NCBI GenBank assembly: GCA_963668315.1
Contig: OY764216.1
Coordinates: 416,001-480,000, forward strand
DNA length: 64,000 bases
Source: Spirochaetia bacterium
Lineage (GTDB): Bacteria > Spirochaetota > Spirochaetia > DSM-2461
Reading direction: 5' to 3'
Within the stretch, counting starts at the first letter, position 1. Each line of letters opens with the position of its first letter. Both the position numbers and the translations under genes were made by a program. Positions 50,764 to 60,476 of the stretch are shown here, in pieces. The notes under the pieces were generated by a model. It did not search any database. It was not told where the DNA came from and saw only the letters and a program-made list of their open reading frames with translations.

Positions 50764-52221
50764 TTATACCAGCATTGCAATAAGGGTCTGCTCTTTTTCG
50801 CTTTTTTCTTTCTCCTCCCCTTCGGACCTGCTGTCCAGGATACTGCGGATCTCTTCCTGGACCTCTTTGACCAGGGGATACCTGAGGGCGATGCGGAAGC
50901 CGAAGCTCAGGAGAATAATCGGAACGAAAGTCAGAATCAGACGGATCATAAGCAGGACCCCGTCGGGCTGTTCCTGTTCAATGGACCGGAGGATTCCCTG
51001 GTCCATCATTTCCACCGGTTCTCTGTAGCCGATGAATCCCAGCAGGGCCAGCACGGTGGACTGGGCGATCGCCGTGGTGGACTTTCTCAGAAACGTGATC
51101 ATCCCGCTGAAGCTCCCCGACCGGTTTTCCCCGAAGGCGAGCTCCCCCACATCCACCACATCGCCGAACATGGTATAGGGGGTCACGATGGCCCCTGCCA
51201 TCCCGATTCCCACCACGGCGCCCAGGAGATAGAGGGCCCAGAGGGGCGTGGAAGGCTGTATGAAAAACATCCCCAGGCAGGCCACTCCCCATATCGCCGC
51301 GCCGATCATATAGGCCGCCGTTTTCCCCCGCCGGTGGGAGATTTTCGAAAAAAGCGGAACCGCCGCAACTTCGACGATAATCAGGATGCCCAGCAGGAGA
51401 TTCATGGCGTCGTAATTCTTCATCCAGTACTTCATATAATGTCCCACGATCAAAACGATGATATCAAAGGCGATGAAGGTGAACAGCTGGAGGGCCAGGT
51501 ATTTTCGGAAGACTTTAATCTTAAGCGGCTCGAACATGGACTTCAGCCAGCCCTTCTCATAGGTTTTCTTCTCCGCGGGGTGCTCGAAGGTAAAAAGGAA
51601 TGTTCCTATCCAGGGAAGGGCGAAGAACAGTCCGAATACCACGCTCATGGCGATGTACCCCTTTCTTATCCCCTCCACACCGGTTCCGAAGGCATTAATG
51701 ATAAACAGGGGGAAGAGGGCGCAGAGGAGGGAGGATACCAGGCTGAAGATAAGGCGGATGGAATTCAGGCTTGTCCTCTCTTCATAGTCCGATGTCAGCT
51801 CGGCGCTCATGGCCTGATAGGGAACCATGACCAGGGTCACCACCGTGTTGAAGAACATGTAGGCGATTAGGATATAGACGAAGCGGGACAGCTCGGAATC
51901 GTAGTTCACGGGAAACCAGAGCATTACGAAGGAGAGGAAAATAAGGGGAATACCGGCCAGGTAATAGGGGCGGCGCCTTCCCCAGGGGGAGCGGGTTCTG
52001 TCGGAAAAGTACCCCATGAACGGGTCGGTAACCGCATCCCAGATCTTGCTGATCAGAAAGATCATGGCGCTGTAGGAGGGATGGATTTTCACCACGTCCG
52101 TGAGGAATACGGCATAATAGAAATTGACGATGTTAAAGGCACCGCCGCCGTAGATATCCCCCATACCGAAAAAGAGTCTCGTACCGAGGGACAGCTTATC
52201 CCCTTTACCGTGAGTTTTCAT
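50764..52221 (-). CDS. Glycoside-pentoside-hexuronide (MelB-like) MFS symporter
   Basis: WDAVTDP..G..SDRTRS.WGRRRPY and PY.AM..ELT.DY.ERT.L. Confidence 0.92.
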   Translation of the reverse strand: MKTHGKGDKLSLGTRLFFGMGDIYGGGAFNIVNFYYAVFLTDVVKIHPSYSAMIFLISKIWDAVTDPFMGYFSDRTRSPWGRRRPYYLAGIPLIFLSFVMLWFPVNYDSELSRFVYILIAYMFFNTVVTLVMVPYQAMSAELTSDYEERTSLNSIRLIFSLVSSLLCALFPLFIINAFGTGVEGIRKGYIAMSVVFGLFFALPWIGTFLFTFEHPAEKKTYEKGWLKSMFEPLKIKVFRKYLALQLFTFIAFDIIVLIVGHYMKYWMKNYDAMNLLLGILIIVEVAAVPLFSKISHRRGKTAAYMIGAAIWGVACLGMFFIQPSTPLWALYLLGAVVGIGMAGAIVTPYTMFGDVVDVGELAFGENRSGSFSGMITFLRKSTTAIAQSTVLALLGFIGYREPVEMMDQGILRSIEQEQPDGVLLMIRLILTFVPIILLSFGFRIALRYPLVKEVQEEIRSILDSRSEGEEKEKSEKEQTLIAMLV

Positions 52222-52309
52222 AAGCCTCCCCCTTCGCTTTTACCGATTATAATAGCATGAAAAAAGAATTCCTGTATCTCATAAAGAGAAAAAGATGTAA
52301 GATGCCCCC

Positions 52310-53557
52310 ATGAGCAGTGTAAAAGTAATAATCGCCGGAGGAGGCGCCCGGGGCTATACCTATGCGTCCTATGCCCTTGAGCACCCGGACAGGATGAAAG
52401 TCATCGGAGTAGCCGAACCGCGCCGGGAATACCGGGAAAAGCTGGTCCGGGCCCATAATATTCCCGAGGAAAATGTGTATACCGACTGGAAGGAGATGGC
52501 CTCACGCGGGCGCTTCGCCGATGCGGTCGTCATTGCCACCCAGGACAGCATGCACCGGGAACCGGCCGAGGCCTTTGCCTCGGCGGGGTATCATATTCTC
52601 CTGGAAAAACCCATGGCACCCACCGAAGAGGACTGCCGGGCGATAACAAAGGCCTTTGAGGGGAAGGACCGGATATTCGCCGTATGCCATGTGCTGCGCT
52701 ATACCCCTTTCACCAAAAAGCTGAAGGCGATCATCGATTCCGGAGCGATCGGCGAAGTGGTGAGCATCCAGCGGCTCGAACCGGTCGGCTTCAATCACCA
52801 GGCCCACTCCTTTGTCAGGGGAAACTGGGGAAACGAGAGAAAATCCTCCTTCATGCTCCTGGCCAAATCGTGCCATGACCTGGACTGGATACGCTATATC
52901 ATGGGATCATCCTGCCGGAAGGTCTCCTCCTTCGGTTCGCTGAAGCATTTCCGTAAAGAGGAAAAACCCGAGGGCGCCTCGGAAACCTGCCTCAGCTGCT
53001 CTTTGGAAAAGGAGTGCCCCTACTCGGCCCCTCGTTTCTACCTGAACCTTCTCGGAGAGGGCAAGAGATCCGGATTCCTGGGGGTTCTGACCCAGGACTT
53101 TACCCGGGAAGGAGTTCTGAAAGCCCTGGAAGGCCCCTACGGCCGCTGCGTTTACGCCTGCGATAACGACGTGGTGGACAACCAGGTCGTGGCCATGGAA
53201 TTCGAAGGGGGCAAAACGGCCAACTTCACCATGACAGCCTTCACGAAGATGCAGCACCGCATGACCCATGTATTCGGAACGAAGGGCCATATATACGGAG
53301 ACGGGGAAACCCTGACCCATTTCGATTTCCTCACAGAGGAGACCCGTACCTATGATACGGCGCAGGGCGGCCCCGATGCGGGAAGCGGCCACGGAGGCGG
53401 AGACTTCGGATTAATGGATGCGTTTATCGAGGCCGTGGCCAAAAACGACAAATCCCTTATTCTCTCAGGACCGGAGGAGACGCTGGAGAGCCATCTCATG
53501 GTCTTCCGGGCGGAGCAGAGCCGCCTCGAAAGCCGGGTCATGAATATCGACGGCTGA
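52310..53557 (+). CDS. Gfo/Idh/MocA family oxidoreductase
   Basis: GGGARG, LEKPMA, HSFVRGNW, KSCHDLD and GHGGGD. Confidence 0.92.
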   Translation: MSSVKVIIAGGGARGYTYASYALEHPDRMKVIGVAEPRREYREKLVRAHNIPEENVYTDWKEMASRGRFADAVVIATQDSMHREPAEAFASAGYHILLEKPMAPTEEDCRAITKAFEGKDRIFAVCHVLRYTPFTKKLKAIIDSGAIGEVVSIQRLEPVGFNHQAHSFVRGNWGNERKSSFMLLAKSCHDLDWIRYIMGSSCRKVSSFGSLKHFRKEEKPEGASETCLSCSLEKECPYSAPRFYLNLLGEGKRSGFLGVLTQDFTREGVLKALEGPYGRCVYACDNDVVDNQVVAMEFEGGKTANFTMTAFTKMQHRMTHVFGTKGHIYGDGETLTHFDFLTEETRTYDTAQGGPDAGSGHGGGDFGLMDAFIEAVAKNDKSLILSGPEETLESHLMVFRAEQSRLESRVMNIDG

Positions 53558-53563
53558 TCGGCC

Positions 53564-54484
53564 TCAGCTCCCGATGGCCCCCAGGTCAAAGGGAGTCTGC
53601 TGGTAGACATAATAGTTCAGCCAGTTGGAATAGAGGAGAAACCCGTGGCTTCGCCAGTTGACCACGGGCTGGTTCGCCGGATTGTTGCCGGGAAAATAGT
53701 TGCGCGGGAGCTCGATGTCGTCCCCTTTTTCCAGGTCCCTCTCATACTCTTCCTTAAGGGAATCAGGCTCGTACTCGGAATGGCCCGTGACGAAAATCTG
53801 CCGCCCCTCCCTATCCGACACGATATAGACGCCGCTGTCGGGAGATTCGGAAAGGATCTCCAGATTCTCCTTCATCAGAATATCCTCCCTGTGGAGTTCG
53901 GCATATCGGGAATGGGGGGCATAGAAGATGTCGTCGAATCCCCGCAGCAGGGGAACGTGGGGATAGCTTTTCACATGGGGAAAGATCCCGAACATCTTTC
54001 TTCCCAGGGAATACTTGGGAATGTCGTAATGATAATAGAGACCGGCCAGGGCGGCCCAGCAGATATGCAGGGTGGAAAAGACATTCTTCCGGGACCAGGT
54101 CATGATGCGGGAAAGCTCCTCCCAGTAGGACACATCCTCAAACTCCAGGTGTTCCACGGGGGCTCCGGTGATGATCATTCCGTCAAATTTCTCCCTGGCC
54201 ACCTCGTCAAAGGTATGGTAGAATTTATCCAGATGCATCCGGCTGGTATTTTTGGACTCATGGCTCTCGGGATGAATGAAGGAGATTTCCAGATGGAGGG
54301 GCGTGTTGCTTAAAAGACGCAGGAGCTGTATCTCCGTCTCGATTTTCTTGGGCATGAGATTCAGAATAAGAATCTTCAGGGCACGGATATCCTGATGCAG
54401 GGCCCTGTCTTCTCCCATGATAAAAATATTTTCACTTTCCAGCACTTTACGGGCCGGCAGATCATTGGCAATTTTAATAGGCAT
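53564..54484 (-). CDS. metA: Homoserine O-acyltransferase MetA (probably acetyltransferase)
   Basis: QDIR.L.I.ILNLMP.K, TGAPVE, ICWAA, PHSR and GHSEY. Confidence 0.96.
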   Translation of the reverse strand: MPIKIANDLPARKVLESENIFIMGEDRALHQDIRALKILILNLMPKKIETEIQLLRLLSNTPLHLEISFIHPESHESKNTSRMHLDKFYHTFDEVAREKFDGMIITGAPVEHLEFEDVSYWEELSRIMTWSRKNVFSTLHICWAALAGLYYHYDIPKYSLGRKMFGIFPHVKSYPHVPLLRGFDDIFYAPHSRYAELHREDILMKENLEILSESPDSGVYIVSDREGRQIFVTGHSEYEPDSLKEEYERDLEKGDDIELPRNYFPGNNPANQPVVNWRSHGFLLYSNWLNYYVYQQTPFDLGAIGS

Positions 54485-54627
54485 AGCTTAACCTCACAAG
54501 TTTAGATATTCATTATACTACTATTTTGGTTTGAATTTCCAGAATGAGCCCCCGGGAAGGGGGAATTTCACGAACTATTATGGAAAAACAAATTGACATA
54601 TCTTATTAGATATATAAATAATGGAGT

Positions 54628-55593
54628 ATGGGTGAGATTAAAAAGAAGCCGTTAATCCAACGGCAGAAAGTTATGTTTCATGTGGTTTATGCACTGATCC
54701 CCCTGGCCGTCTTCTCGATCTATCTCTTCGGGTGGAGATCTCTTATGATCCTCGCCGTAGTCAACGCCGCCGGATTTCTAAGCGAATACATTTTCGCGCG
54801 AACCTATAAGAAACAGGTCAGTTCAGCTGTTTTCGTCACCAATTTCCTCTTTGCCCTTTCCATGCCCCCCGCCGTCCCCCTGTGGATAGCCGTAGTGGGT
54901 ATCGTCTTCGGCGTTGTTTTCGGGAAAATGGTGTTCGGAGGCTTCGGAAGAAACGTTTTCAATCCGGCCATCTCCGGCCGTGCTTTCGTATACATCAGCT
55001 TCGGTGTACCCCTGACGGCAGGATTCGTCCAGCCCGCCGGAGGATTTCCCGGAGGATTCTCCACCTGGCTCCACGGCGTTGACGCCGTCTCCCGGGCTAC
55101 GCCCCGGGCCGCCCTCACGGGCGGAGAGCCCTTCCCCTTGTCCCGCCTGATTCTCGGGAATACGGCCGGCTCCCTCGGTGAGACCTGCGCCCTGCTGATC
55201 ATCCTGGGGGGGATCTATCTTATCTGGAAGAAGGCGGCCAGCTGGCGGATAATGCTCGCCGTCCTTATCGGTTTTCTCGTCACCCAGTCGGCCCTCTATT
55301 TCGGAGGCGTGGACGGTGTAGTCAATCCGGTAAGCAGCCTTTTCACCGGCAGCCTTCTCTTCGCCCTGGTCTTCATGGCAACCGATCCGGTTTCCTCATC
55401 CCAGTCGACCGACGGGGGACGCTGGATATACGGATTAACCATAGGCATACTGGTCTCCCTGATCCGTGTCTTCTCCATATGGGTGGAGGGGGTAACCTTC
55501 GCCATTCTTCTGGCCAACATGTTCGCTCCCCTCCTGGACCACTACATGAAGGAAGCCAAGAAAAAAAAGAAGCAGCGGGAGGCCGCCCGATGA
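54628..55593 (+). CDS. rnfD: RnfD/NqrB-family membrane subunit
   Basis: FGGFGRNVFNPA, DAVSRATP (FMN site), GSLGET and MATDPVS. Confidence 0.85.
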   Translation: MGEIKKKPLIQRQKVMFHVVYALIPLAVFSIYLFGWRSLMILAVVNAAGFLSEYIFARTYKKQVSSAVFVTNFLFALSMPPAVPLWIAVVGIVFGVVFGKMVFGGFGRNVFNPAISGRAFVYISFGVPLTAGFVQPAGGFPGGFSTWLHGVDAVSRATPRAALTGGEPFPLSRLILGNTAGSLGETCALLIILGGIYLIWKKAASWRIMLAVLIGFLVTQSALYFGGVDGVVNPVSSLFTGSLLFALVFMATDPVSSSQSTDGGRWIYGLTIGILVSLIRVFSIWVEGVTFAILLANMFAPLLDHYMKEAKKKKKQREAAR

Positions 55594-56204
55594 GCGATGC
55601 AAAAAAGAAAAACCAGTTCTACATAGAAAGAATAAGACCCGTCACCGTCACGGCCGTTCTGACCATCATCTGCATCACTCTGGTCTCCCTTCTCTATCTG
55701 TCCACCCGCGACCAGGTTCTCGCCAACGAGGGTCTGGTTCTGAAAAAGGCCGTTCTCTATGCGGCGGGACTGGCCGTTCCCGGTTCGAACCACGAAATCA
55801 ATGAGCTGTACGACAGCCGCGTGACCGAAGAGGACGGGATTTTCACCGTGAAGGATGATGCCGATAAAACGAAAGCCTACGCCTTCATCCAGGCGGGCCC
55901 CGGACTCTGGGGCGAAATCCAGGCGGTCGTTGCCTTCGATACCGATCTGGCCACCTTCGCCGGAGTGGATTTCATCAGCCAGAACGAGACCCCCGGACTG
56001 GGCGCGAGGATAACCGAGTCCTGGTTCAAGGAACAGCTCAGGGGTCGGAAAGCTCCCCTGACCATGAATCCGGAAGGAACCGAATCGACCGCGTCCTCCG
56101 AAATAGACGCCATCACCGGAGCCTCCCGAACCAGCGATTACGCCCTTTCCCTATTCAACAAAGCCGGTGAAAAAGCCGCCGCTCTCGAAGGGAGGTTACC
56201 CTAA
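55590..56204 (+). CDS. rnfG: RnfG/NqrC-family FMN-binding subunit
   Basis: GLWG, ETPGLG and DAITGAS; ATG 55590 overlaps the upstream stop. Confidence 0.83.
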   Translation: MSDAKKKNQFYIERIRPVTVTAVLTIICITLVSLLYLSTRDQVLANEGLVLKKAVLYAAGLAVPGSNHEINELYDSRVTEEDGIFTVKDDADKTKAYAFIQAGPGLWGEIQAVVAFDTDLATFAGVDFISQNETPGLGARITESWFKEQLRGRKAPLTMNPEGTESTASSEIDAITGASRTSDYALSLFNKAGEKAAALEGRLP

Positions 56205-56797
56205 TGGCAGGAAAAGCACTGAAAACATTCACCGCCCCCCTGGGAAAGGACAATCCCGTCTTCGCCCAGATTCTGGGCATCTGCTCGACTCTGGCGGTGA
56301 CGAATAACTTACAGAATACGGTGGTGATGGTACTGGGCGTGATGTTTACCACGACCCTCTCCTCCTTCACCTTTTCCCTCTTGCGAAAGGTGATACCCGG
56401 AAGAATCCGCATGATCGCCGAAACCATGATCATCGCGACCTTCGTCATCATCGTGGACATTATGCTCAGGGCATATATGCCCGAGATCTGGCAGCAGCTG
56501 GGCCCCTACGTGGGACTGATTATCACCAACTGCATCGTCATGGGCCGGATGGAAGCCTTCGCCGCCGCCAATCCCCCCGGGCTGAGCCTGATAGACGGAC
56601 TGGCTTCGGGTATGGGCTATGCCTACGTTCTCGTGGTCATAGCCTTCTTCAGGGAACTGCTGGGAGCGGGAACCATCTGGGGGATTTCCGTACTGGGAGA
56701 CTGGTGGAACAACTGGGCGATCATGATCATGCCTCCCGGGGCATTCTTCATGCTGGCCATTTTCATTTGGGTTGTCAAAGGGAGGATGAAGGAATGA
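56204..56797 (+). CDS. rnfE: RnfE/NqrD-family membrane subunit
   Basis: LGICSTLAVT, LIITNCIVMGR.E and RELLG.G. Confidence 0.87.
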   Translation: MAGKALKTFTAPLGKDNPVFAQILGICSTLAVTNNLQNTVVMVLGVMFTTTLSSFTFSLLRKVIPGRIRMIAETMIIATFVIIVDIMLRAYMPEIWQQLGPYVGLIITNCIVMGRMEAFAAANPPGLSLIDGLASGMGYAYVLVVIAFFRELLGAGTIWGISVLGDWWNNWAIMIMPPGAFFMLAIFIWVVKGRMKE

Positions 56798-57384
56798 CAG
56801 AACTGCTGCCGGCCGCCGTATTTTTCGGCTCAATTTTTACCAGTAACATACTTCTGGCCAACTATCTGGGAATGTGCTCATTCCTTTCCGTATCCAAGGA
56901 GATCGAGACTTCGGCGGGACTGGGGGCGGCGGTCATCTTCGTCATGGCCGTCACGAGCGCCCTCAACTGGCTCGTCTATAATCTGATCCTAATCCCCCTG
57001 GGGCTGGACTATCTCAGATTCATCGTCTTCATCGTCGTCATCGCCGCCTTCGTTCAGCTGGTGGAAATGATTATCGAGCGGATAAGCGAGGGGCTCTACG
57101 CCGCCCTGGGAATCTTCCTCCCCCTTATCACGGTCAACTGCGCCATTCTGGGAGTCAGCCTTTTCATGGTGATACGGGACTACAACTTCATCAACAGCTT
57201 CTTCTTCGGGCTGGGAAGCGGCATCGGCTGGTTCCTGGCTATCATGGCCATGGCGGGAATTCGCAAGAAGATCGCCGGGGCGCAGATTCCGAAGGGACTT
57301 GAAGGGGCGGGCATCACCCTAATTATCGCCGGTATGATGGCTCTGGCCTTCATGGGATTCTCCGGCATGATCAATGTGACTTAG
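56794..57384 (+). CDS. rnfA: RnfA/NqrE-family membrane subunit
   Basis: LGMCSFL and LGIFLPLITVNCAILG; ATG 56794 after GGAGG. Confidence 0.87.
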   Translation: MTELLPAAVFFGSIFTSNILLANYLGMCSFLSVSKEIETSAGLGAAVIFVMAVTSALNWLVYNLILIPLGLDYLRFIVFIVVIAAFVQLVEMIIERISEGLYAALGIFLPLITVNCAILGVSLFMVIRDYNFINSFFFGLGSGIGWFLAIMAMAGIRKKIAGAQIPKGLEGAGITLIIAGMMALAFMGFSGMINVT

Positions 57385-57393
57385 GAGGCCGCG

Positions 57394-58494
57394 ATGTTAA
57401 CTCAACTGCTGATAAGCGTGGGCACCATTACGGGGATAACGGTTATTCTGGCCGTTATCCTGGTTATCGCCGACGCCTTTATCGCCGATTACGGGGAAGT
57501 GGAACTCACCATCAACGGACAGAAGAAACTGACGGTCAAAGGCGGGCGCCCCCTTCTGGGAACTCTTATTGAAGAGGAGATATTCATCCCTTCGGCCTGC
57601 GGAGGCCGGGGTTCCTGCGGTCTGTGCAAGCTCAAGGTGGAGTCGGGGGCCGGGCAGTATCTGCCCACCGAACTTCCCTGGCTGAGCAAGGAGGAACAGG
57701 ATCAGAACATCCGCCTCTCCTGCCAGCTCAAGGTGAAGCAGGATATGGCCATACGCATTCCCGAGGAACTCTTCAGCGTCCGCCGCTTTCAGGCCCGGGC
57801 GGAGAAAATCACCGACCTGACCCACGATATCAAGGAACTGCGGCTCAAGCTGCTTTCCCCGAACACCATAGATTTCAAGGCGGGCCAGTTCGTTCAGATC
57901 CAGGTTCCCGAGTACAAATTAAGCGACGAATCGGTCTTCCGTGCCTATTCGGTCTCCTCCTCCCCTTCCGAGACGGATACGGTAGAGCTGGAAGTGCGGC
58001 TTGTTCCTGAGGGGATCTGCACCACCTGGGTTCACCAGTTTCTGAAGGAAGGACAGGAAGTCACCATCAACGGACCCTACGGGGAGTTTTTCCTGCGCGA
58101 CACGGAAAGGGACATCGTCTGCATCGCCGGAGGATCGGGCAACGCCCCCATAAAGTCCATCATGATGGATATGGCGGAAAAGGGAAATCCCCGCAAGCTC
58201 ACTTACTTCTACGGAGCCAGAGGGAAAAAGGACCTGGTCCTTCCCGATGATATGAAAGCCATCGCCGACAGGCTTCCCAACGGAAGTTACGTCCCCGTCC
58301 TTTCCGAACCGGACGAAAACGACAAGTGGGAGGGAGAAACGGGCTTCGTAACCGATGCGGTTGCAAGATATCTTAAATCCGGAGATAATACGGAAGCTTA
58401 TCTTTGCGGAAGCCCGGGTATGATTGACGCCTGCATCAAAGTCCTTACATCGAAGGGCGTTCCCGAAGAACTGATCTACTACGACAAATTTTAG
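57394..58494 (+). CDS. nqrF: NqrF-like membrane-anchored 2Fe-2S/FAD/NAD(H) reductase
   Basis: N-terminal TM, CGGRGSCGLC...RLSCQ, RAYS, GPYGEF, GGSG.AP, YLCG and YDKF. Confidence 0.82.
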   Translation: MLTQLLISVGTITGITVILAVILVIADAFIADYGEVELTINGQKKLTVKGGRPLLGTLIEEEIFIPSACGGRGSCGLCKLKVESGAGQYLPTELPWLSKEEQDQNIRLSCQLKVKQDMAIRIPEELFSVRRFQARAEKITDLTHDIKELRLKLLSPNTIDFKAGQFVQIQVPEYKLSDESVFRAYSVSSSPSETDTVELEVRLVPEGICTTWVHQFLKEGQEVTINGPYGEFFLRDTERDIVCIAGGSGNAPIKSIMMDMAEKGNPRKLTYFYGARGKKDLVLPDDMKAIADRLPNGSYVPVLSEPDENDKWEGETGFVTDAVARYLKSGDNTEAYLCGSPGMIDACIKVLTSKGVPEELIYYDKF

Positions 58495-58504
58495 GAGGAA
58501 ACCG

Positions 58505-58966
58505 ATGAAAGAAAACCCAGCTAAGCACAGGGTATTGGAAAACATGAAACCGGGTGTCATCTCCCTCCACGGATTTCTGGGCTCCGACTCACGGGACCTG
58601 GATACGATAATAGAGCACGATGCGGGAGAGCTCGAGCGGCTGGGTCTGACCAGAGAGCAGATTGCCGACAAGCTTGAAGTGATACGGGATAAAGCCCAGG
58701 AAGGGCTCGGCGTTTACGTTAAGCTCAACGCCACCTACATGGCCAAGGCCGATTCCATCAGGGGAAAGATTCCCTGTCCCTTCGACCATGCGGGGATTTA
58801 CAGCAAAACGGTTATCACCATACAGAATATCGATACCGATGAGGAGATGATCTATACAGACCTGGGAATTCACCTCATAAGGGAGCACGGATTCTTTCAG
58901 GGAAAGGGAAGCATCTTCCGTATGGAACCGGAAGCCCTCGCCGATCTTCTGGAGAAATGCTGCTGA
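58505..58966 (+). CDS. Hypothetical protein co-transcribed with the Rnf/Nqr hybrid operon
   Basis: AGGAGG SD, 10 nt after the nqrF stop; CPFDH and HLIREHGFFQG motifs. Confidence 0.8.
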   Translation: MKENPAKHRVLENMKPGVISLHGFLGSDSRDLDTIIEHDAGELERLGLTREQIADKLEVIRDKAQEGLGVYVKLNATYMAKADSIRGKIPCPFDHAGIYSKTVITIQNIDTDEEMIYTDLGIHLIREHGFFQGKGSIFRMEPEALADLLEKCC

Positions 58967-59006
58967 CAGCGGACGTACAGAATAACAAACAGGAGAGAAC
59001 AAACCT

Positions 59007-59366
59007 ATGAGATTTCTCGGTAATTTGATCTGGCTTATATTCGGAGGCCTGGAAGCCGCCCTTGGCTGGGCCCTGGCGGGACTCCTCCTCTGCATTACCA
59101 TAATCGGCATTCCCTTCGGGATTCAATGCCTGAAAATCGGCGGTTTCGTACTCCTTCCCTTCGGTCGGCCCATAGAAAACACCGGAAGCGGCCTGACAAG
59201 TCTGATCGGGAATATCCTCTGGCTCATCATCTTTGGATGGGGTCTGGCCCTGGGCCACTTCCTGGCGGGGATACTCTTCTCTATTACCATCATAGGTATT
59301 CCCTTCGGGAAGCAGCATTTCAAGCTGGCCCGGCTCGCCCTCCTTCCCTTCGGTAAAACAGTCTAG
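59007..59366 (+). CDS. YccF-domain membrane protein
   Basis: Two repeats of GN.IW..FGG...ITIIGIPFG.Q. Confidence 0.93.
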   Translation: MRFLGNLIWLIFGGLEAALGWALAGLLLCITIIGIPFGIQCLKIGGFVLLPFGRPIENTGSGLTSLIGNILWLIIFGWGLALGHFLAGILFSITIIGIPFGKQHFKLARLALLPFGKTV

Positions 59367-59432
59367 TATATCTTTACAAATAAAAGGACAGAAGTATATA
59401 CGGGGAATCCTATTCCTGATATTCTGTCCTTT

Positions 59433-60272
59433 ATGCTTTTCATTTTATTGGCCGTCCTTTGTTCGACGGGCGTCTCTCTGATACTGAAAATCACCCATAC
59501 CCGCAAGATGGCGGTGGAACCGATTTTCCTTATAAATTACGTAACCGCTACTGCCGCCTCGGCCCTGCAGGGAGACTTCTCCACCCTGCCGCGTCTTACG
59601 GATGATCTGGGATGGGGATTCTATCTTTCCGCGGTGTTCCTGGGGTTCCTCTTTATCGGGGCGTTCTACGTTTACAGAAAAACCATCGCCGAACTGGGAA
59701 TCTCCCTCTCCTCCACGATCTCCCGGCTCTCCGCCGGCCTCCCCCTGCTGGGAACGATATTGCTCTTCCATGAAACGCCCCATCTCCGTCAGATCATAGG
59801 AATGGGACTTATGTTTCTGGCCATTCCCCTGGCTTCGGAAAAATCCGACGACGCCCGGCACAAGGGTCACAACTTCTGGGGAGCCATTCTGTTCCTCGCC
59901 TTCGGAATCAACGATTTCACCTTGAAAGTGGTGGGGGAACTCTGGCCCCAGGCGAGCGAGGGGGCCTTCCTCTTTTTCGTTTTCTTGACCAGCACGGTTA
60001 TCGCCCTTGTCCTCACTCTGGCCAAGGGGCACTCCTTCAACCCCGCCCTGCTTCTTCCGGGCATCATCCTGGGCGTTATAAATCTGGGATCCTCCTTTTT
60101 CATCCTCAAATCCCTGCGGCGGGTGGATGCCATTATCGTCTATCCTCTCCTGGCGCTGGGAATAATTTTCATGGGGCTGGTAACGGGAATGCTCTTCTGG
60201 AAGGAGAAACTGACAAAGGGCCATGCCATTTTTATCGCGATAGCGGCGGTGGCGGTTCTGCTGATTTCCTGA
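59433..60272 (+). CDS. DMT/EamA-family transporter
   Basis: About 10 TM helices, two EamA halves, FHE and WKEKL. Confidence 0.85.
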   Translation: MLFILLAVLCSTGVSLILKITHTRKMAVEPIFLINYVTATAASALQGDFSTLPRLTDDLGWGFYLSAVFLGFLFIGAFYVYRKTIAELGISLSSTISRLSAGLPLLGTILLFHETPHLRQIIGMGLMFLAIPLASEKSDDARHKGHNFWGAILFLAFGINDFTLKVVGELWPQASEGAFLFFVFLTSTVIALVLTLAKGHSFNPALLLPGIILGVINLGSSFFILKSLRRVDAIIVYPLLALGIIFMGLVTGMLFWKEKLTKGHAIFIAIAAVAVLLIS

Positions 60273-60476
60273 GATGAAGATTACGATCTATGTCCGGGCT
60301 CTATACTTATACATGGGATAATAATGAGGGGAGAACTGTTTCTCCGGAACCGATGAAACGAATGATTGACCTGTCATACTTCGTATTCTATCAACTGTAC
60401 ATTATAGTAAACTTCATGTTAAAACATTAATCGGAACGGCGTAAAAAATATCAAAAATCTCCCGAGGACGGTCCCC

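Noticed and set aside
54485..54627. SAM riboswitch or Rex site between metA and rnfD
   Set aside because: The metA leader is only about 25 nt after TATAAT, and no convincing consensus match was found.
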